64,000 nt of DNA from the human T2T-CHM13v2.0 reference genome, Homo sapiens, in NCBI RefSeq assembly GCF_009914755.1, contig NC_060936.1; one strand, written 5' to 3'. Below are positions 13,587 through 29,141 of the stretch, in pieces (position 1 is the first letter of the stretch; every line of letters starts with the position of its first letter). Both the position numbers and the translations under genes were made by a program. The notes below the pieces were generated by a model, which saw nothing but the letters and a program-made list of their open reading frames with translations, was not told the DNA's origin and did no database searches.

Positions 13587-14509
13587 AGCTTTATACCAGT
13601 GACAACATAAATTTCAAACTTTTAAAGTGGAGTAGTGAGCATTGTTAATTTTTGTGCTGGCCTATCTTCTGAACCTCATTTCTATGTTAGGAAAATTCCC
13701 CACTTTATGAGTTTTCTTTAGAGGTAGGAACTATCTTTTAATACAGGAGCGAGATACTCTCTTTTTAAAACATTATCTACAGTTGCAAGAAGGCTTCACT
13801 CAAATCTGGGGACACAAATATGGGAAATTGCATTCCTGCCCACATGGCCTCCAAGCTCGGTTCTTTGGCCCCATGAGACCCTTTGAACCTCCCAATAGCT
13901 TTTTAGTATATTTCTGTTTTTGCTTAATAAAACAGAAATGAGTTGGTTTTGTTTTTTACATCTAAGAACCCTTACATGGGGATTTTGGGTTTAAAAAATC
14001 AACTGAAATATCAAATAGGGGAAATAAGTCTTTATAGCAGTTAATGCAAAGAAAAATCAAATAGGCATAGTTGATTCTGGCTTAATGTAAGTCAACAATA
14101 CTATGTGTTTGCCCAAATCACTCATATGCACTTGGGTAGATGAGTAGCATTGATAGGATAGAGTTCAGGACATGAAAAAAAATGATATAACTGATTCTAT
14201 AACTCTGCATTGGTCCATTGACACCTGGTGTAAAGTCTTCAGCTCTAGGCCCCACATTTTAAAGAAACCTTTATAAATGAGTATTTCCAGAAGAAACCTT
14301 GAAAGTTAGATCAGAAGAAATGTGAAATCAAACAGATATTTGCCAGCTTAAAGAGGTGATTTTTTGAAGGAAATATGGACACCATCTGTTAATAAACCAA
14401 ACATTTTCCTATAGAAAAATATATGTGTAACACTGGACAGAATTTTCATGGGATATTTAATTTATTGTGAGATTTACTTAACAATTAAAGCTACATAAAG
14501 AAAGAAATA

Positions 14510-14835
14510 GGCTGGGTGGCGTCGCTCACACCTGTAATCCCAGCACTTTGGGAGGCCGAGGATTACCTGAGGTCAGGAGTTCGAGACCAGCCTGGCCAAT
14601 ATGGGGAAACCCCATCTCTACTAAAAATATTTTAAAAAATTATCTGGGTGTGGTGGCATGTGCCTGTAGTCCCAGCTACTCAGGAGACTGAGGCACGAGA
14701 ATCACTTGAACCCAGGAGGCGGAGGTGGCAGTAAGCCAAAATTGTGTCACTGCACTCCAGCTTGGCTGACAGAGAGAGAATCTGTCTCAAAATAAATAGA
14801 TAAATAAATAAATAAATAAATAAATAGATAAATAA
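14510..14835 (+). mobile_element. AluS with (TAAA)n tail
   Basis: Dimeric Alu: ggctgggt...cctgaggtcaggagttcgagaccagcctggccaa. Confidence 0.92.
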
Positions 14836-15975
14836 TGGCATTCAATAGAGGCTAACAACTTCTCAGTATGTTCAAAGGACATTTCTAGAGTATCAGATGG
14901 GAGATCCTTGGTATAACTTTATACATATAAAATATATATTATATATATTATATAATATATGTATACATATATGCTAGGATGATCTCACATCAATTTTAGT
15001 GCACAATACATAATTTCCTACTCAGCTTTCTAGAAAACCTTAAAGACCAAGGAAAGAAACTGAGTGACATATTCATCTAGGCATTAAAATTTCCCCTCTC
15101 AACTCCCAGTATCAAGTCAAATTCTCTCCATCAGATAAAAGCTGGAGCTGATAAAATGAGTTCGGGAATATTTCACAGTGGAATTGGAATTTCATAAACA
15201 CAACACAATGAAAGAACACCTATGTGATTTACTGAAAACAGACAAATACTGTAGTGTAGTGTGATCCTTTTGAGATGGATTGCCTAAAGCTTTCCCGAGT
15301 TGGGCATGTGTTCTACTTAGTGATGAGAAATCAGAAGCAAAGAATGGAATAAACATGCTTTATTTCACTTAGAGACTAAAAATATGAAAAGCAAGTGCTG
15401 TTTTAGTTACAACACTAAGATTTAAAAATCAAAAGCACTATTTACTTTTGATTTTGAAAATTCAGTCTATGACTCTGAGAAAGATACCTAACAAGGAACA
15501 TGATAGAAATCTGGTTATAACTTCTATGGCAGTCAAGCAGAGATCGGATTTTTTTAAACAACTAAATGAGAGGAGAAATACTCGATTAGATTTTCTAGAT
15601 AAGTTAGAATTTATCAACAATGTAAAGTAAGGCACACCCACATATAATTATTAATAGTTTCAGAATAGTGACAAATGGAATTAGATTGAATGGTCAATTT
15701 GAGAGGACTTGATTTCTCTTTTGCCTGGGATTTTCCTTGCTCTTTGTTTTGTTTTGTTTGTTTGTTTTGAGATTTCACTCAGGACTAGTCTGGCTGTGAA
15801 GCTCGTATTGTATTATTTTTTTTCAAACAACCTAAAATATGGTATAACCCTAATGTCTCCACACCGTGAAGTTTGCAAAAGATCATTCATTCCTTTATAA
15901 GGCAGAGCCTGAGTCACTTTATCAGCGACATGGTAAGTCCAGTTTTTATTGTTTATCTTTTCCAACTCTGTCTGA

Positions 15976-16297
<322 letters not shown>

Positions 16298-16752
16298 AGT
16301 GAGTTGTGTATTTCTAACAGATACGTTTTGATCACTCTCAGTGACCTGATGTATCCAGGTTTCTTTCTGGTCATCTCTTCCTACCCCACTATTATGTTTC
16401 TTCTACTACTAATGTCTCCACATTTTTATATTTTGAAAGACCTTTTGGTCATTTCTTAATTGCCCCAAAGCACAGTTCCACCACGCTGCAATGTTTCACA
16501 ACCTTTACTGAAAGTCTGAAGATTTAAATAGAGGGTAGTGTGGGTAGGAATTACAAAACAGCAAAGGAAAACACTTCAAGGACAGGAATGAAGCCAATTC
16601 ATCCTTCTAACCCTCATGTAGCTCACAGACACTTAATTCAGATATTAAATAAGTTTTTATATGAATAGATATATTAGTGGATTGAGTGTTGTGCCTTGCC
16701 CAAGACAGCAATGCTCAAATAGTGCTATTAATATGGATATTCTATCAGATCC

Positions 16753-16889
16753 AGAATATTGAATCTCTAATGATATTTAAATATAATGTTTAATAGAGAA
16801 AATAAAACTCAAAACACAATAAAAACTCGAGAATATTGAACCTCTAATGATTTTAAATATAATATTTAATAGAGAAAGTAAAACTCAAA
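16753..16889 (+). repeat. Local tandem duplication (~60-bp copies, 77-bp spacing)
   Basis: agaatattgaa(t/c)ctctaatga...tttaatagagaaa(a/g)taaaactcaaa at 16753 and 16830. Confidence 0.85.
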
Positions 16890-17533
16890 TTTTTATTGTC
16901 ATAGGATTTCTTGATCTACCATATAAACCCCAAATCTAATATTGTCTATGTATTTTGTCTACTTTGTCTATTTCATCAGAAAATATTATATCATATGTTT
17001 TATAGTTAGAGGTTCTTGCCACAACACTGGAAATAAAAAATAAGTTTGTAAATTATTTCCACCATAGTAGTGCTGAAAGTAGGAGAAATGTCTCATAATC
17101 AGCCATTGTCCCTGCAAAATGACAAGTTCAGTCCACGTAGACCATCCTGAGGTTTCAGGAAGAGATAAAGAGTGTCTGAAATACTTATATATAGTACATT
17201 TCTGGAAGCTATAAGTGGATGATGCATGAGATTTCATAGGAGGAGGCAGTGTCATTGTATGTAAAGTGATGGGCAGAATTCAAGAGTAATAGGGCTCCAG
17301 CCAATGGAAACAGCACCTGCAAGGGTATGGCTCAGTGGCTTGCAAAACTGAAATCTAAGAGTGGAAAGTGGGAAAAATAATGAGGGCAGTATGTCAAGGG
17401 CTAAAATGGGACACCAGCAGCGCTTGAGATACCAAATGGTCAGATCTGCTTGTCAATTAAAGGGTAACATGGGACTTCAAATGTCATCATCAGAATTCTA
17501 TCATCTGGGCATGTGAAAAATCCCAACTCATGA

Positions 17534-17918
17534 TGCTATGGTTTGAATGCTTGTCCCCTCCCCAGCTCATGTTGAAATTTGATTGCCATTTTAACAGTAT
17601 TAAACAGTGGTATCTTTAAGAGGTGATTAGGCCATGAGGGCTTTGCCCTTATGAAGGGATTAATGCCATTAACTTGGTAATTTTTTCCTTTTATTGTGGG
17701 GGTGTGTTTCTTATACAAGGATTCATTCAGGTTAACTCTTGTTCCCCCTCCCCATCTCACCTTCTGCCATGAGATGACAAGCAAGAAGGCCCTCTCCAAA
17801 TGCTGGCACCTTGATCTTGAACTTTCCAGCCTTCAGAACTGTGAGCCAATAAATCTCTGTCCTTTATAAATTACTCAGTATTAGGGATTCTGTTATAGCA
17901 GCACAAATGGTCTGAGAT
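17534..17918 (+). mobile_element. MaLR LTR (MST family)
   Basis: tgctatggtttgaatg...agaactgtgagccaataaat...ttatagcagcacaaatgg. Confidence 0.85.
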
Positions 17919-18171
17919 AAATGGGAAAATCAGAGGTTTGAAACTACGTTTAATTATTATGAACTTAAGAAAAAACGAGTGGTGATGAGATAAACCTCCA
18001 GAGCCACAGGCATTGGTACTTTCAGCAATGAGTCCAAATTTCTTCTCTGTACTCATGCACTCCCTTGATGAACTCATTCAGTTCCACGATTTAAATATGA
18101 ACTCATTCAGTTCCATGATTTAAATACCATTCCTGTGGTTATGGCTATGAATGTATCTTAAAAGCTTACAT

Positions 18172-18500
18172 GTTTTTTGTTTGTTTGTTGTTGGTTTGTT
18201 TGTTTTTGTTTTCGTTTTTTGAGACAGGGTCTTGCTCTGCCACCCAGGCTGAAATGCAGTGGTGCCATCTCAGCTCAATGGAATCTTTGCCTCCTGGGTT
18301 CAAGTGATTCTCATGCCTCAGCCTCCCAAGTAGCTGGGATTACAAGTGTGCACCACTGTGGCTGGCTAATTTTTGTGTGTTTAGTAGAGACAGGGTTTTG
18401 CCATGTTGGCCAAGCTGGTCCTAGCCTCAAGTGATCCACCCGCCTTGGCCTCCCAAAGTGCTGGGATTACAGGCATGAGCCACTGGGATTACAGGCATAA
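18172..18500 (-). mobile_element. Alu (S/J)
   Basis: Reverse Alu with (gttt)n tail; flanking cttacatgtt repeat is a likely TSD. Confidence 0.9.
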
Positions 18501-19000
18501 CTTACATGTTATCTTAGCTTCAGAATCCCCTTAAACTCTTTCTCTCTCTCCCTCTCTGTCTAAATATACCTAGACAGAGAGATATAGATAGATAGATAGA
18601 TATGATATATATATATATATTTATATCTTAATATGTTGAAAACTTCTGATTTCCATTCTTCAACATTTGTCCCACAGCTGTTCTCATCTCAGCAAATGAC
18701 ATCACTACCCACTCTTTTTCTCAATCTGGAAATCATCCTTGGTTCTTTTCTTTTCCTCATTGCCAATATCTATTTATTTTAGAAATTTCTATTATCTCTA
18801 TTGCAAAATATGTCACAAATCCATCTCCTTTTCTTGTTTCTGCATTATTGGTCTTAAAGCTTCCATTTGAGCATCATCGTAACCATTATCCACAATAGTC
18901 CCAGGAAATTTACATTAATTCAAATGACAGCAATGTTTTTCCCTATAAAATGCTCTCTATGGCTTTGTATTAGTGGTAGTTTTATAATTTCTCAAGTCAG

Positions 19001-19048
<48 letters not shown>

Positions 19049-19050
19049 TC
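19001..19050. repeat. (TTTC)n microsatellite
   Basis: Direct reading. Confidence 0.95.
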
Positions 19051-19275
19051 ATTTGAGATAGTGCCTGGCTCTGCCACCCTATAATTTCTATACAAGCATA
19101 CCTTGGAGCAATAATCTGCTTGGCTAGAAGGTTTGGGAGATTTTACATACACTGGCATTGCAAGCACATATTTTCACTCAGATTGTATATTTATTTGAAT
19201 GAGGAGAGAGATTTGTGCATGGTGTTTAACAGTTCCCAAACTGCAGCTACCACTTGACATGCTTAAGTTCTACTT

Positions 19276-19600
19276 TATTTTTGTTGTTGTTTGTTTGTTT
19301 GTTTGTTTGTTTGTTTTGAGACAGGATCTAGCTTTGCTACCCAGGCTGGATTGCAGTGCCACGATTATGGCTCACTGCAGCCTTGACCTCCCTGGCTCAA
19401 GTGATCCTCCCACCTCAGCCTTCTAAGTAGCTGGGACCACAGGCATGCGCCATCACACTTGGCTATTTTTGTGTTTTTTGTAGAGATGGGGGTCTCCCTA
19501 TGCTTCCCAGGCTGGTTTTGAACTCCTGAGCTCAGGTGATCCTCCTGCTTTGGCCTCCCAAAATACTAGTACTACAGGCATGAACCACTGCGCCTAGCCT
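19276..19600 (-). mobile_element. AluJ
   Basis: gctcactgcagccttgacctccctggctcaagtgatcctccc, an AluJ diagnostic. Confidence 0.9.
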
Positions 19601-20214
19601 CTGCTTTCTTTTTTAATGTCTTCTCAAACCATTTCCAATCCCCACCTGCTTTGTCAGCTACATTCCAGCCACAGTATATATATTTCTCACACTGGACCTG
19701 GGTTTTTTCCAGCCTTTTTATTAGTGCAAACACATCCTTAACTTGTAACATTTCCTCAGTCTGTTCTAACTGCTGGAATTACTTTTCCTTCCACTCTGAA
19801 TAGTTTTCTTTGCCTTGTTATTTAATTCTACATCATATGTTACTTCTTTCTCAGAAAATGCTCTCTAGTAATCTAATCTGAGCTATCTCCTCTCTCACAT
19901 TTAATACTCACCCCCTCAATTTCTATTATATTGCCTTTTTCTCATCTTAACATTGTTTATTTCTGTGTTAACTAGTGAGCTTTTGAATTCCGCTTCTAGA
20001 ATGCAGGCCTCAGGGGCAAGGAGATCTTCTAAATCTTGTTCTACACTAGACCCCCAAAATCTAGATAATCGGTGGTAGGTGGTCAGTAAATGTATGTGGA
20101 AAGGCTAGAAAAGGCAAAGGTAGGTTTAAAAAATACAAACAAATTGACTAAATCTAATTTTGAACATTAAGAAAGACTTATTGCAATGTTAACATTTATT
20201 TTAAAAGAAGAAGT

Positions 20215-20690
20215 AAGGCATATTACTAAGTGAAAGAAGCCCATTGGAAAAAGCTACATACGATAGGATTCCACCTATATGACATCTGGAAAAGTCAAAA
20301 CTACAGATATAGTAAAAATATCAGTAGTTTCCAGGGGAAGGTTGAGGGTGAGAGTTGGGAGGTGGAATGAATAGTTGGAACACTAAGGATTTTTAGGGCA
20401 GTGAAAATATTCTGTATGATACTATAATGCTGGATATATGTCATTATACTTTTGTCTAAACCCATAGAATGTACAACACTAAGAGGGAGCCCTAGTGTGA
20501 CCTATGGACATTGTTTGATTATGATGTGTCAATGTAGGCTCAATAGTTGTAACAAATCTATCACTATGGTGGAAGCTGTTGATAATGGGGGAGGCTAACC
20601 CTGCGCAGGGGCAGGGGTATCTTGGAAATCTCTATACCTTCTTCTTCTTTTGCTATGAACCTAAACCCTCTAAAAAATTAAGCCTTTAAA
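20215..20690 (+). mobile_element. L1MC-type 3' UTR fragment
   Basis: ctaagtgaaagaagcc...cccatagaatgtacaacac...gataatgggggaggct...gctatgaacctaaa. Confidence 0.75.
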
Positions 20691-22169
20691 AAGAGGGTAA
20701 AGCAATAATTGTAACACTGTAGTAGCAGAAACGATCATTGTTAAAGGCAATTGGTAAAGCCTAATAGTAATTTACTATGTGATATGGTATCCATTACTTG
20801 AACACCTTTTGAATATAACATTTCACCCTATATAAAAATAAGCTATTTTATGCAAATTATTTCAGCCAAATGTTTGAAAATTGGCTTAGTTTCTCATTTG
20901 TGTATGCTATAAATTAACTTTAAGATTTATATATGTTATAAATTTGACAGCAATTTCTGATAACTAACAGATAAGGATTTTCTCCACACTATGTTAAGAA
21001 GTTAATTACATAAAAATATTTAAATGTATAATTCTATTTTAACTTACTTTAATAATTTTGTTAAGTGGAAGAAGCAATAATTTCTCAGCAGAAACTATGG
21101 TAGTATGTTTCACAAATATTTACTTAAGATTGCTTTTATATATTAAGTTTTCTCAAAAGAAGGGCAATCAATACCATATATTGCATTTTAAGAAATGGCT
21201 ATACCCATATAATCACAGAAAACATGAATTGTTATATGTATTACTAATTTAAAATTGTCCCAGGCTGACAGAAATAGAAATATTATTTCACAAGGAATTC
21301 ATTTTAATAGGTTTTCAATGTAGGGCTATATTAATGTCTTCAAATGAACTTTTATTGAGGAATACTTACTGGGAAATAAGTAGACATTAACAGAGCCTAG
21401 GCTATAAAAGATCAATTTAGACCACTTTGAATATTATGCTAGGCATTATTAGAGACTTACTTATAAAGTGATTCATATTGACACTCAGGAGTTCAGAATT
21501 ATTTATTTTATGTAATAAAAATATAACTTTCCATGAAAATTTGATGCAATGTGAGAAATTGCCTTGAAAATTCAGTTTCCCTAATTCAAAAAGTTCAAAT
21601 TGAATTACACTTTTCAGTAGAAATATTCATAAAGTTGTCAGTTTGTGTCAGTTGCATGAGAAGAGATATAAATTTTCAGAGAAGGCTATTTATAGCACCT
21701 TTTAATACTATATTTTTAATGTTCTACTTCTCATATTCATGTTTCCTAAAATCCAATTCTGATGAGATATGGTTTAATAAAAATTATGGCTATACATGTT
21801 AAATAACTACTAACTTAATTAAATTTTGATAAAAGCAACTAAAGTTATTTTACAAAATTTAAATGCGTAAGGGGTGTTTCTTTTGCCTCCTCATCAAACA
21901 ATAAAATACTGATGACTACAGACAGATAGACAATGTATTTGGGGATGCCCTGGTTTGTTCACGTACTGGAAAATAGTGGTTCTTATCTTCTTAATTGTCA
22001 TTAGGGGAAAATCTCAAAATTATATATTGAGTAAACAACTAACAAAATGTTTGTGTTCTATAGTTCATTCTCTTCAAAGTATAATAAAATTCACAGACTA
22101 GAAGTTTAGAAGGTTTGAACTCTGAATCCAGAATTATCTTTTAAGAGAATACTCTGAAAAAGTAACTGT

Positions 22170-22489
<320 letters not shown>

Positions 22490-22749
22490 CTATAAAATAG
22501 TGATAGCCATATCAGTCCTTCTTAACTCATAGACACTTTTAAAAGTGATAAAATTACTGTATGTACTATCAATTCAAAGAGGCATAGGCGTATTTCATGA
22601 GAATTTGTTGCTTGTTTCAATGATTTTAAAAAAACACAATCTTGGAGATATAGTTTCAAATTTTACCTGTTTATATTAAAGGAGATAAAAATGATGGCTG
22701 TGTGTATTTTCACAAGTGTGTGTGTTTTATTGGAAAAGAATAGATAGAT

Positions 22750-24580
22750 TCCAGTTCCATTTGATGGCATACTGTGTATTTTGGACCACAACCTCCACAT
22801 AAAACAATTTTTAAAACTAGACAAAATATATCAAGTATGTTTTTTAAGAGCAAGAAAGAGCCAAGAATTTGGCAACACATATCAACAGACTGACAGCTGT
22901 CTCCTCAACAGCAAAAAGGAAGTCAAACGACTGTGCAATGATTTATCAATGTGCTAGAATCAACCATTTGCTATCTAAAAGAATCTCCTTCAAAAATATA
23001 ACTGCAACAAAGACATTTTCAAGCAAACCAAAAATGAAACAATTCACCACAAGCAGACTGGTGGTAAAGGAATTTCTACTAGATGATGTTAATAATACAG
23101 GGGGAAAAACACAACAAAAAAGAATAGAAATTAGCAAATCTGTAAAAAATCCAGATGAACATCTATAAACTAATAATAAATATAATAATAATACTGCTTT
23201 ATGTCATTTAACAGTATATAGTATGGTATCGTCCTAGGAGTATGAAATAAATATAGATAGAAAACCCAATAACACACTCAGTGATGTAGAGACACTTGGC
23301 ATAAGACACATATGGCTTTGCATAACAGTGCAACAATAAATGGTCTTGGGGCAATTGAGTATTCATTCATGTGGAAAACTAAAATTGGATGCTACTTCAC
23401 ACTACTAATATTTATAGAATTAAATGTGAAAGGGAAAATAGTAGACAGTAGAGCTTTTAGAAGATAATAAAAAATATTTTCATGATCTCAGGGCAAGGAA
23501 ATGTTTAGTAAACAAGACATAAAAATAAATACTTATAATAGAAATGTGTATTAATTGAGTTACATTAAAATTAAGATCTTCCTTTTATCAAAAGCACCAT
23601 TTGGGGTATAAAAATGCAAATAACATAATAGGAGACTATTATTACAGTATATGAAATTAACAAAGGGCTTATATCCAGGACATATAAAGAGTACCAGAAA
23701 TCAATAGGAAAAGTCAATCCAATGGAAAAATAGAAAAAATGAGGAACTATAACTTCACAAAAGGGAATATGTAATTGGCCAATGTGCACATGAAAAGGAA
23801 CAACCTCATTTATATCAGAAAAATTTAAATTAAATCTATAATGAAATAGCACTATGAAGGTAACAAAATATATTTTTTAAATGTCTGATAATATCAGATA
23901 TTAGAAAAAATATGGAGCAACAGAAATTACTCCAATGCTCCTAGGAATGCAAACTTGTACAACTACATTGGAAAAAAATCCAGAACTTATCTAATAAAGC
24001 CATCAACGTGCAAAACTTCAAACAGCAAATTTATTCCTTGTGTTTAGCCATGGAAATTGTGGGCGTATAGTGTATATGTGCGCTAGGAAATAAGCTCAGA
24101 AATCTAATAACAATATTGTGGAAGTAAATTTAAAGTCCATCAAGAATACAATAAGTTAACACATTTTGATTCATTCTAGAATGGTATAAAATAACTTGAG
24201 AAAACTAAATGGACCTGGACCGTTATTGGAGAAATGGTTAAAGCAATGCTGGGCAAGAGAAATAGAACAGAGAAGAAATACAGACTGCATGATTTAATTT
24301 ATACACAATTTTTAAATAGCAATAGTTAAATTATATTGCTTAGGTATACATTTTTGGGGTGTAGAAATATAAGGCAAAACAAGGGGAAAATTACATAAAA
24401 GTTGAAAAAGGTGGGTGAAGAACGGAAAGCGGCAAATAGGAAACTCCTGTGTAGTCACAATGTTCTCCTGACCTGGGTAGTTTAATTACTGTTCACTTTC
24501 TAATAATGTGATATTGTATACATTTATGTTGTATGTACTTTTCTGAATATGCAACTTTATCACATTTAAAGAAGTAAAAA
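22750..24580 (+). mobile_element. Fragmented ancient L1M/L1ME (ORF2 3' part and 3' UTR)
   Basis: A-rich; motifs such as caataaatggtcttggggcaattg, aagggcttatatccaggacatataaaga and aattggccaatgtgcacatgaaaagg. Confidence 0.6.
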
Positions 24581-26080
24581 TTTTAATGTAAATGGCTAAG
24601 CTCTGGAAGTCATATGGTTAAACAAGCAGTTGAAGGCTGGTATAACAATTAAGAAAATAAGAAATCAAGATATTATATGCAAAATATTTCAAACAAGAGA
24701 TTGATAGATTTGAAAAGATGAATTAATATTTTATCTAAATATAACATTTAAAATATTCTTAATATAACATAAGAAAATTTTAAAAGTCCCAACAAGGCTG
24801 GAAAATGGATTCATTGTTTTGTTTTTCAAATCTCAATCTGATTTATGCCAATATTAACCTCCCTGTAATAAGAAGCATGTGAGAAGACCCTGCAACACCT
24901 ATTTCTGAATGTACCAAAGAAAATTAATTTGTCTTCCATTATGAAAAAGAATTACTGAGAAGCAGAATGAGAGGGGAAAATATAAACAATAACTAGAAAA
25001 AAAGTTTATGACACTAATTATTTTTAAAGATGAATGCAATTGAGGAGTAAGAAAGAATCATGATTTGGTGATTAAATAGCATCTGGAAGGGAAATCCTTA
25101 GATCATAACTGGAAAAGCTAGCCATCCAAACTGACCAGAGAAGGTAAAACACATTGGCAAAAAGATGGTGCTATAAAAGAACAATGAATATCTGCATGTC
25201 ATATCTTCAAGAGACGGAAATATGGAATTAATACAGTGTGTGGAATCTTTGTCAGTTTCTTCAAAAATGAGAAATTAACTGTAAATGTACACAATATTAA
25301 ATCTTATTTTACAATGAAAAATGTGAACACTGCATGAGAATGAAAGAGATGACATAGTGGAATGAACAGTAAAAGACTAAGTTAACATTTTTCTTATCTT
25401 CCAAGGCATCAATCTCTATTTCCTCCTACTTTCATGAGAGTTACTTATTTAAGGGGTCTCTGCTCCTCTGCTACCCTTAAATGTTAATCTATTCCATGGT
25501 TCCATCCTCGACTCTTCTATTTTCTCTGTTTCCCTTGGTAACTTCATCCTTTCTAGTGATTAAAACCACCTACATATCACAGGTTCCCATAAGCAGTTTT
25601 TACTTTCTTCTGTTGTTTCAGTTGCCTGCTGGACATTTCCATCTAATGTCTCAACTTTACGTTTACAAAAAACAAAAAAAAGAAAAAGTGCAACATTTTT
25701 ATTAAACCAAAATTTCTTGCAAGCCTGATTTTGACAAACAGCATCATTATCCATGAAGTAATCCAAGTAGAAATCTTGAAAATATCCTTACTTCTTTATT
25801 TTTTAGCAACACCTTCAACCTCCCTCTTCTATATATGCATACATTATCATCATCATCATTACCATTATGATTATCAAGATACGTTTTCAAATAATTTTTT
25901 TCTTTATACAATGCTGCCAAAAATCCTGTTTTAAAAGCAATCCTGGATGTATAATATAGATGGTTATTTAACATTCTCTACTACTCCATAATTTTTCCAC
26001 TTCTCATTTACAGAATTTTTTTATAATTATAGCATATAACAACCTAGTTTGAATATCTAGTTTATACTTTGTTTACATGT

Positions 26081-26529
26081 CATATTAGTCAGGGTTCTCT
26101 AGAAGGGCAGAACTAATGGAATACATTCATACATATATAGAGAGAGAGTTTATTAAGTGTTAACTCACATGATCACAAGGTCCCACAGTAGGCTGTCTAA
26201 AGACTGAGGAGCAAGGAGAGACAGTCCAAGTTCCAAAACGGAAGAACTTGAAGTTCCGTGTTCGAAGGCAGGAAGTATCCAGCATGGGAGAAAGATGTAG
26301 GCTGGGCGGCTAGGTCAGTCTCTCTTTTCACATTTTTCTGCCTGCTTATATTCTAGCTGAGCTAGAAGCTGATTAGATTGTGCCCAACCAGACTAAGGGT
26401 GGATCTGCCTTTCCCAGCCCATTGACTCAAATGTTAATCTCCTTTGGCAACACCCTCACAGACACACCCAGGATCAAAACTTTGTATCCCTCAATCCAAT
26501 CAAGTTGACACTCAGTATTAACCACCACA
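26081..26529 (-). mobile_element. HERV-L 3' LTR (MLT2A)
   Basis: attagtcagggttctctaga...caagttgacactcagtattaaccaccaca, next to the polypurine-tract region; 5-bp TSD catgt at 26076-26080 and 30057-30061. Confidence 0.9.
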
Positions 26530-29141
26530 AGTCCACGCCTTGTCAACTTGAGCCCATACACATCTGGGGAGATCATATACAATATTCAAATAAAGAAAAT
26601 AATAAGGTAATAGTTACACCTAACAAAATACAATTATCCTTCATACAACCAGAAATTCACCAATTCCCAACCCGAATACTATTACATAAAGTTAACAATA
26701 CTTAAATGCTGATGTGAAGTCAATAAATCTTATGTCACATGATAAAGGAGAAAGGAAATAAAATGAAGATATTTTCTTAGTACAAGCGTATACCTACACA
26801 AATATGTTTTTAACAAAAGAAGGAGGAAATACTCATAGCAATTATAGTCCTTGTTTCTGCAGCCAGTCACGTGGTCATAGCTGGTACTGATGACTACCTT
26901 CTTCTACTACTCATACTGTATTCCCTTTGCCTTCAGCAAGCACCTCAGCAGGTTGTGTTTTTTTTCCTCGTGGAGTGACGCAAACCTTCATTCCTGAATG
27001 GTCTGAGTCATTCGTAGTCCTGCCTGGATTGGGCTGCTGTACTTTCCCATTGACCTTAATCACAGGGCATGGTAATAGTAAGAGACACCCTCATGGATCT
27101 CCTGTATTCTATGCATACTCTTCCTTATCTCCATTGTGGAGCAGTAGACTGATTTCATCTTGATAGTCCAGGTCAATCACGCCAGCCAACACTGTAATTC
27201 CCTTATTAGCAGGTTGACTTAAAGGCAGGAGAAGCCCAAAGTATCCAGGTGGCAATCTTAACTCCAAGTTTAATGGAACCATTGTTGTCTCCCGGTGGCA
27301 GTGTTCCTCCCTCTGGAACTAAGACCTCTAGGCCAGCAGAACATAATGTCGCAGTAACAGGAAGTAAAAATTTTGCTAGTGGATCATTAGGGTTGATGGT
27401 GAGTGGTGCCACTTCCACTTCCACCCCTTGATTCCTGGACCCGTGAATCCTGGCTATGGAAGAAACAGTACCATATATTGGATGCTGAATCAGAGCACAC
27501 ACGGCCATCTGGAGAACTTTGCCCCAGCCCTAGCCAAGCATTGTCAGCTAGTTGGCATTGTAATTGTGACTTCAAAAGGCCATGCCACCATTCTATCAAT
27601 CCAGCTGCTTCAGGATGATGGGAACGTGGTAAGACCCATGAATTCCATGAGCATGAGCCCACTGCCGCACTTCTTTAGACATAAAGTGAGTGTCTTGGTC
27701 AGAGGCAATGCTGTGTGGAATACCATGACGGTGCATAAGGCATTCCGTGAGCCCACAGATGGTAGTGTTGGCAGAAGCATTGCATGCAGGATAGGCAAAC
27801 CCATATCCGGAGTAAGTGTTTATTCCAGTGAGGACAAACCTCTGCCCTTCCCATGATGGAAGAGGTTCAATATAATCAACCTGCCACCAGGTAGCTGGCT
27901 GATCACCCCGAGGAATGGTGCCATATCAAGGGTTCAGTGTTGGTCTCTGCGAAATTAGGCAGAGCAGCAGCTGTAGCCAGGTCGGCCTTGGTGAGTGGAA
28001 GTCCATGTTGCTGAGCCCATGCATAACTTCCACCCCCACCACCATGGCCGCTTTGTTCATGGGCCCACTGGGCAATGACAGGGGTGGCTGGGGAAAGAGG
28101 CTGAGTGGTGTCCACAGAACGGGTCATCCTGTCCACTTGATTATTAAACTACTTTTCTGCTGAGGTCACCCATTGGTGAGCACTCACATGGGATACAAAT
28201 TCTTCAGTTTTTGACCACTCAGAGAGGTTCTTCCACATAGCTCTTCCTCAACTTTCTTTGTCACCAATTTTCCAATCATATTTCTTGCAAGTCCCTGACC
28301 ATCCAGCCAAACCCTTGGCTACAGTCCATGAATCAGTATATAATCACACATCTGGACATTTCTCCTTCCATGCAAAGTGCACAACCAGGTGCACTGCTTG
28401 AAATTCTGCCCACTGGGAAGGATTCCCTTCACCACTGTCCTCCAGGGATGTCCTAGAAAGGGGCTGTAGTGCTGTAGCTGTCCACTTTCAGGTGGTGCCT
28501 ACATGTCGTGTAGAGCCATCTATAAACCAGACCCTTGTCTTCTGTTCCTCTGTCAACTGGTCATAGGGGACTCCCCATGAGGCCATCAGTGCAGGCTAGG
28601 GGAGTGTAGGAAGGGTGGCAGGAGTGGGGAGCATGGGCATTTGAGTCACTTCCTCATGTAACTTATATGTGCCTTCAGGACCTGCTTGAGCCCGATCACG
28701 TATACAACACTTCCACTTGATGATGGAATGCTGCTGTGCATGACCCACTTTATGGCTAGATGGGTCAGAAAGCACCCAGTTCATGACAGGCAGTTCAGGT
28801 CACATGGTGACTTGATGACCTATAGTCAAACATTCAGTTTCCACCAAAGCCCAGTAACAGGCCAAGAGCTGTCTCTCAAAAGGAGGGTAGTTATCTGCAG
28901 AAGATGGCAGGGCCTTGCTCAAAATCCTAGAGGCCCCCACTATGATTCACCTATGGGGGCCTGCCAAAGGCTCCAAACAGCATCCCTATCTGCCACTGAC
29001 TCCTCAAGCACCATTGGATCTTCTAGGTCACATGGCCCAAGTGGCAGAGCAGCTTGCACAGCAGCCTGGACCTGTTGCAGAGCTTCTCCTGTTCTGGATC
29101 CCACTCAAAACTGGCAGCCTTTCAGGTCACTTGATAAATGG
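26530..29141 (-). mobile_element. HERV-L internal region, decayed pol 3' part (RNase H, integrase) and dUTPase-like region
   Basis: Minus-strand ORF fragments PVIAQWAHEQSGHGG (integrase HHCC region), HHPEAAGLIEWWHGLLKSQL (integrase core), SAGLEVLVPEGGTLPPGD (dUTPase-like) and MNWVLSDPSSHKVGHAQQHSIIKWK; frameshifted and interrupted by stops. Confidence 0.9.

Noticed and set aside
18068-18125. 29-bp tandem duplication (similar small ones near 13490, 18460 and 58641)
   Set aside because: Ordinary slippage duplications.
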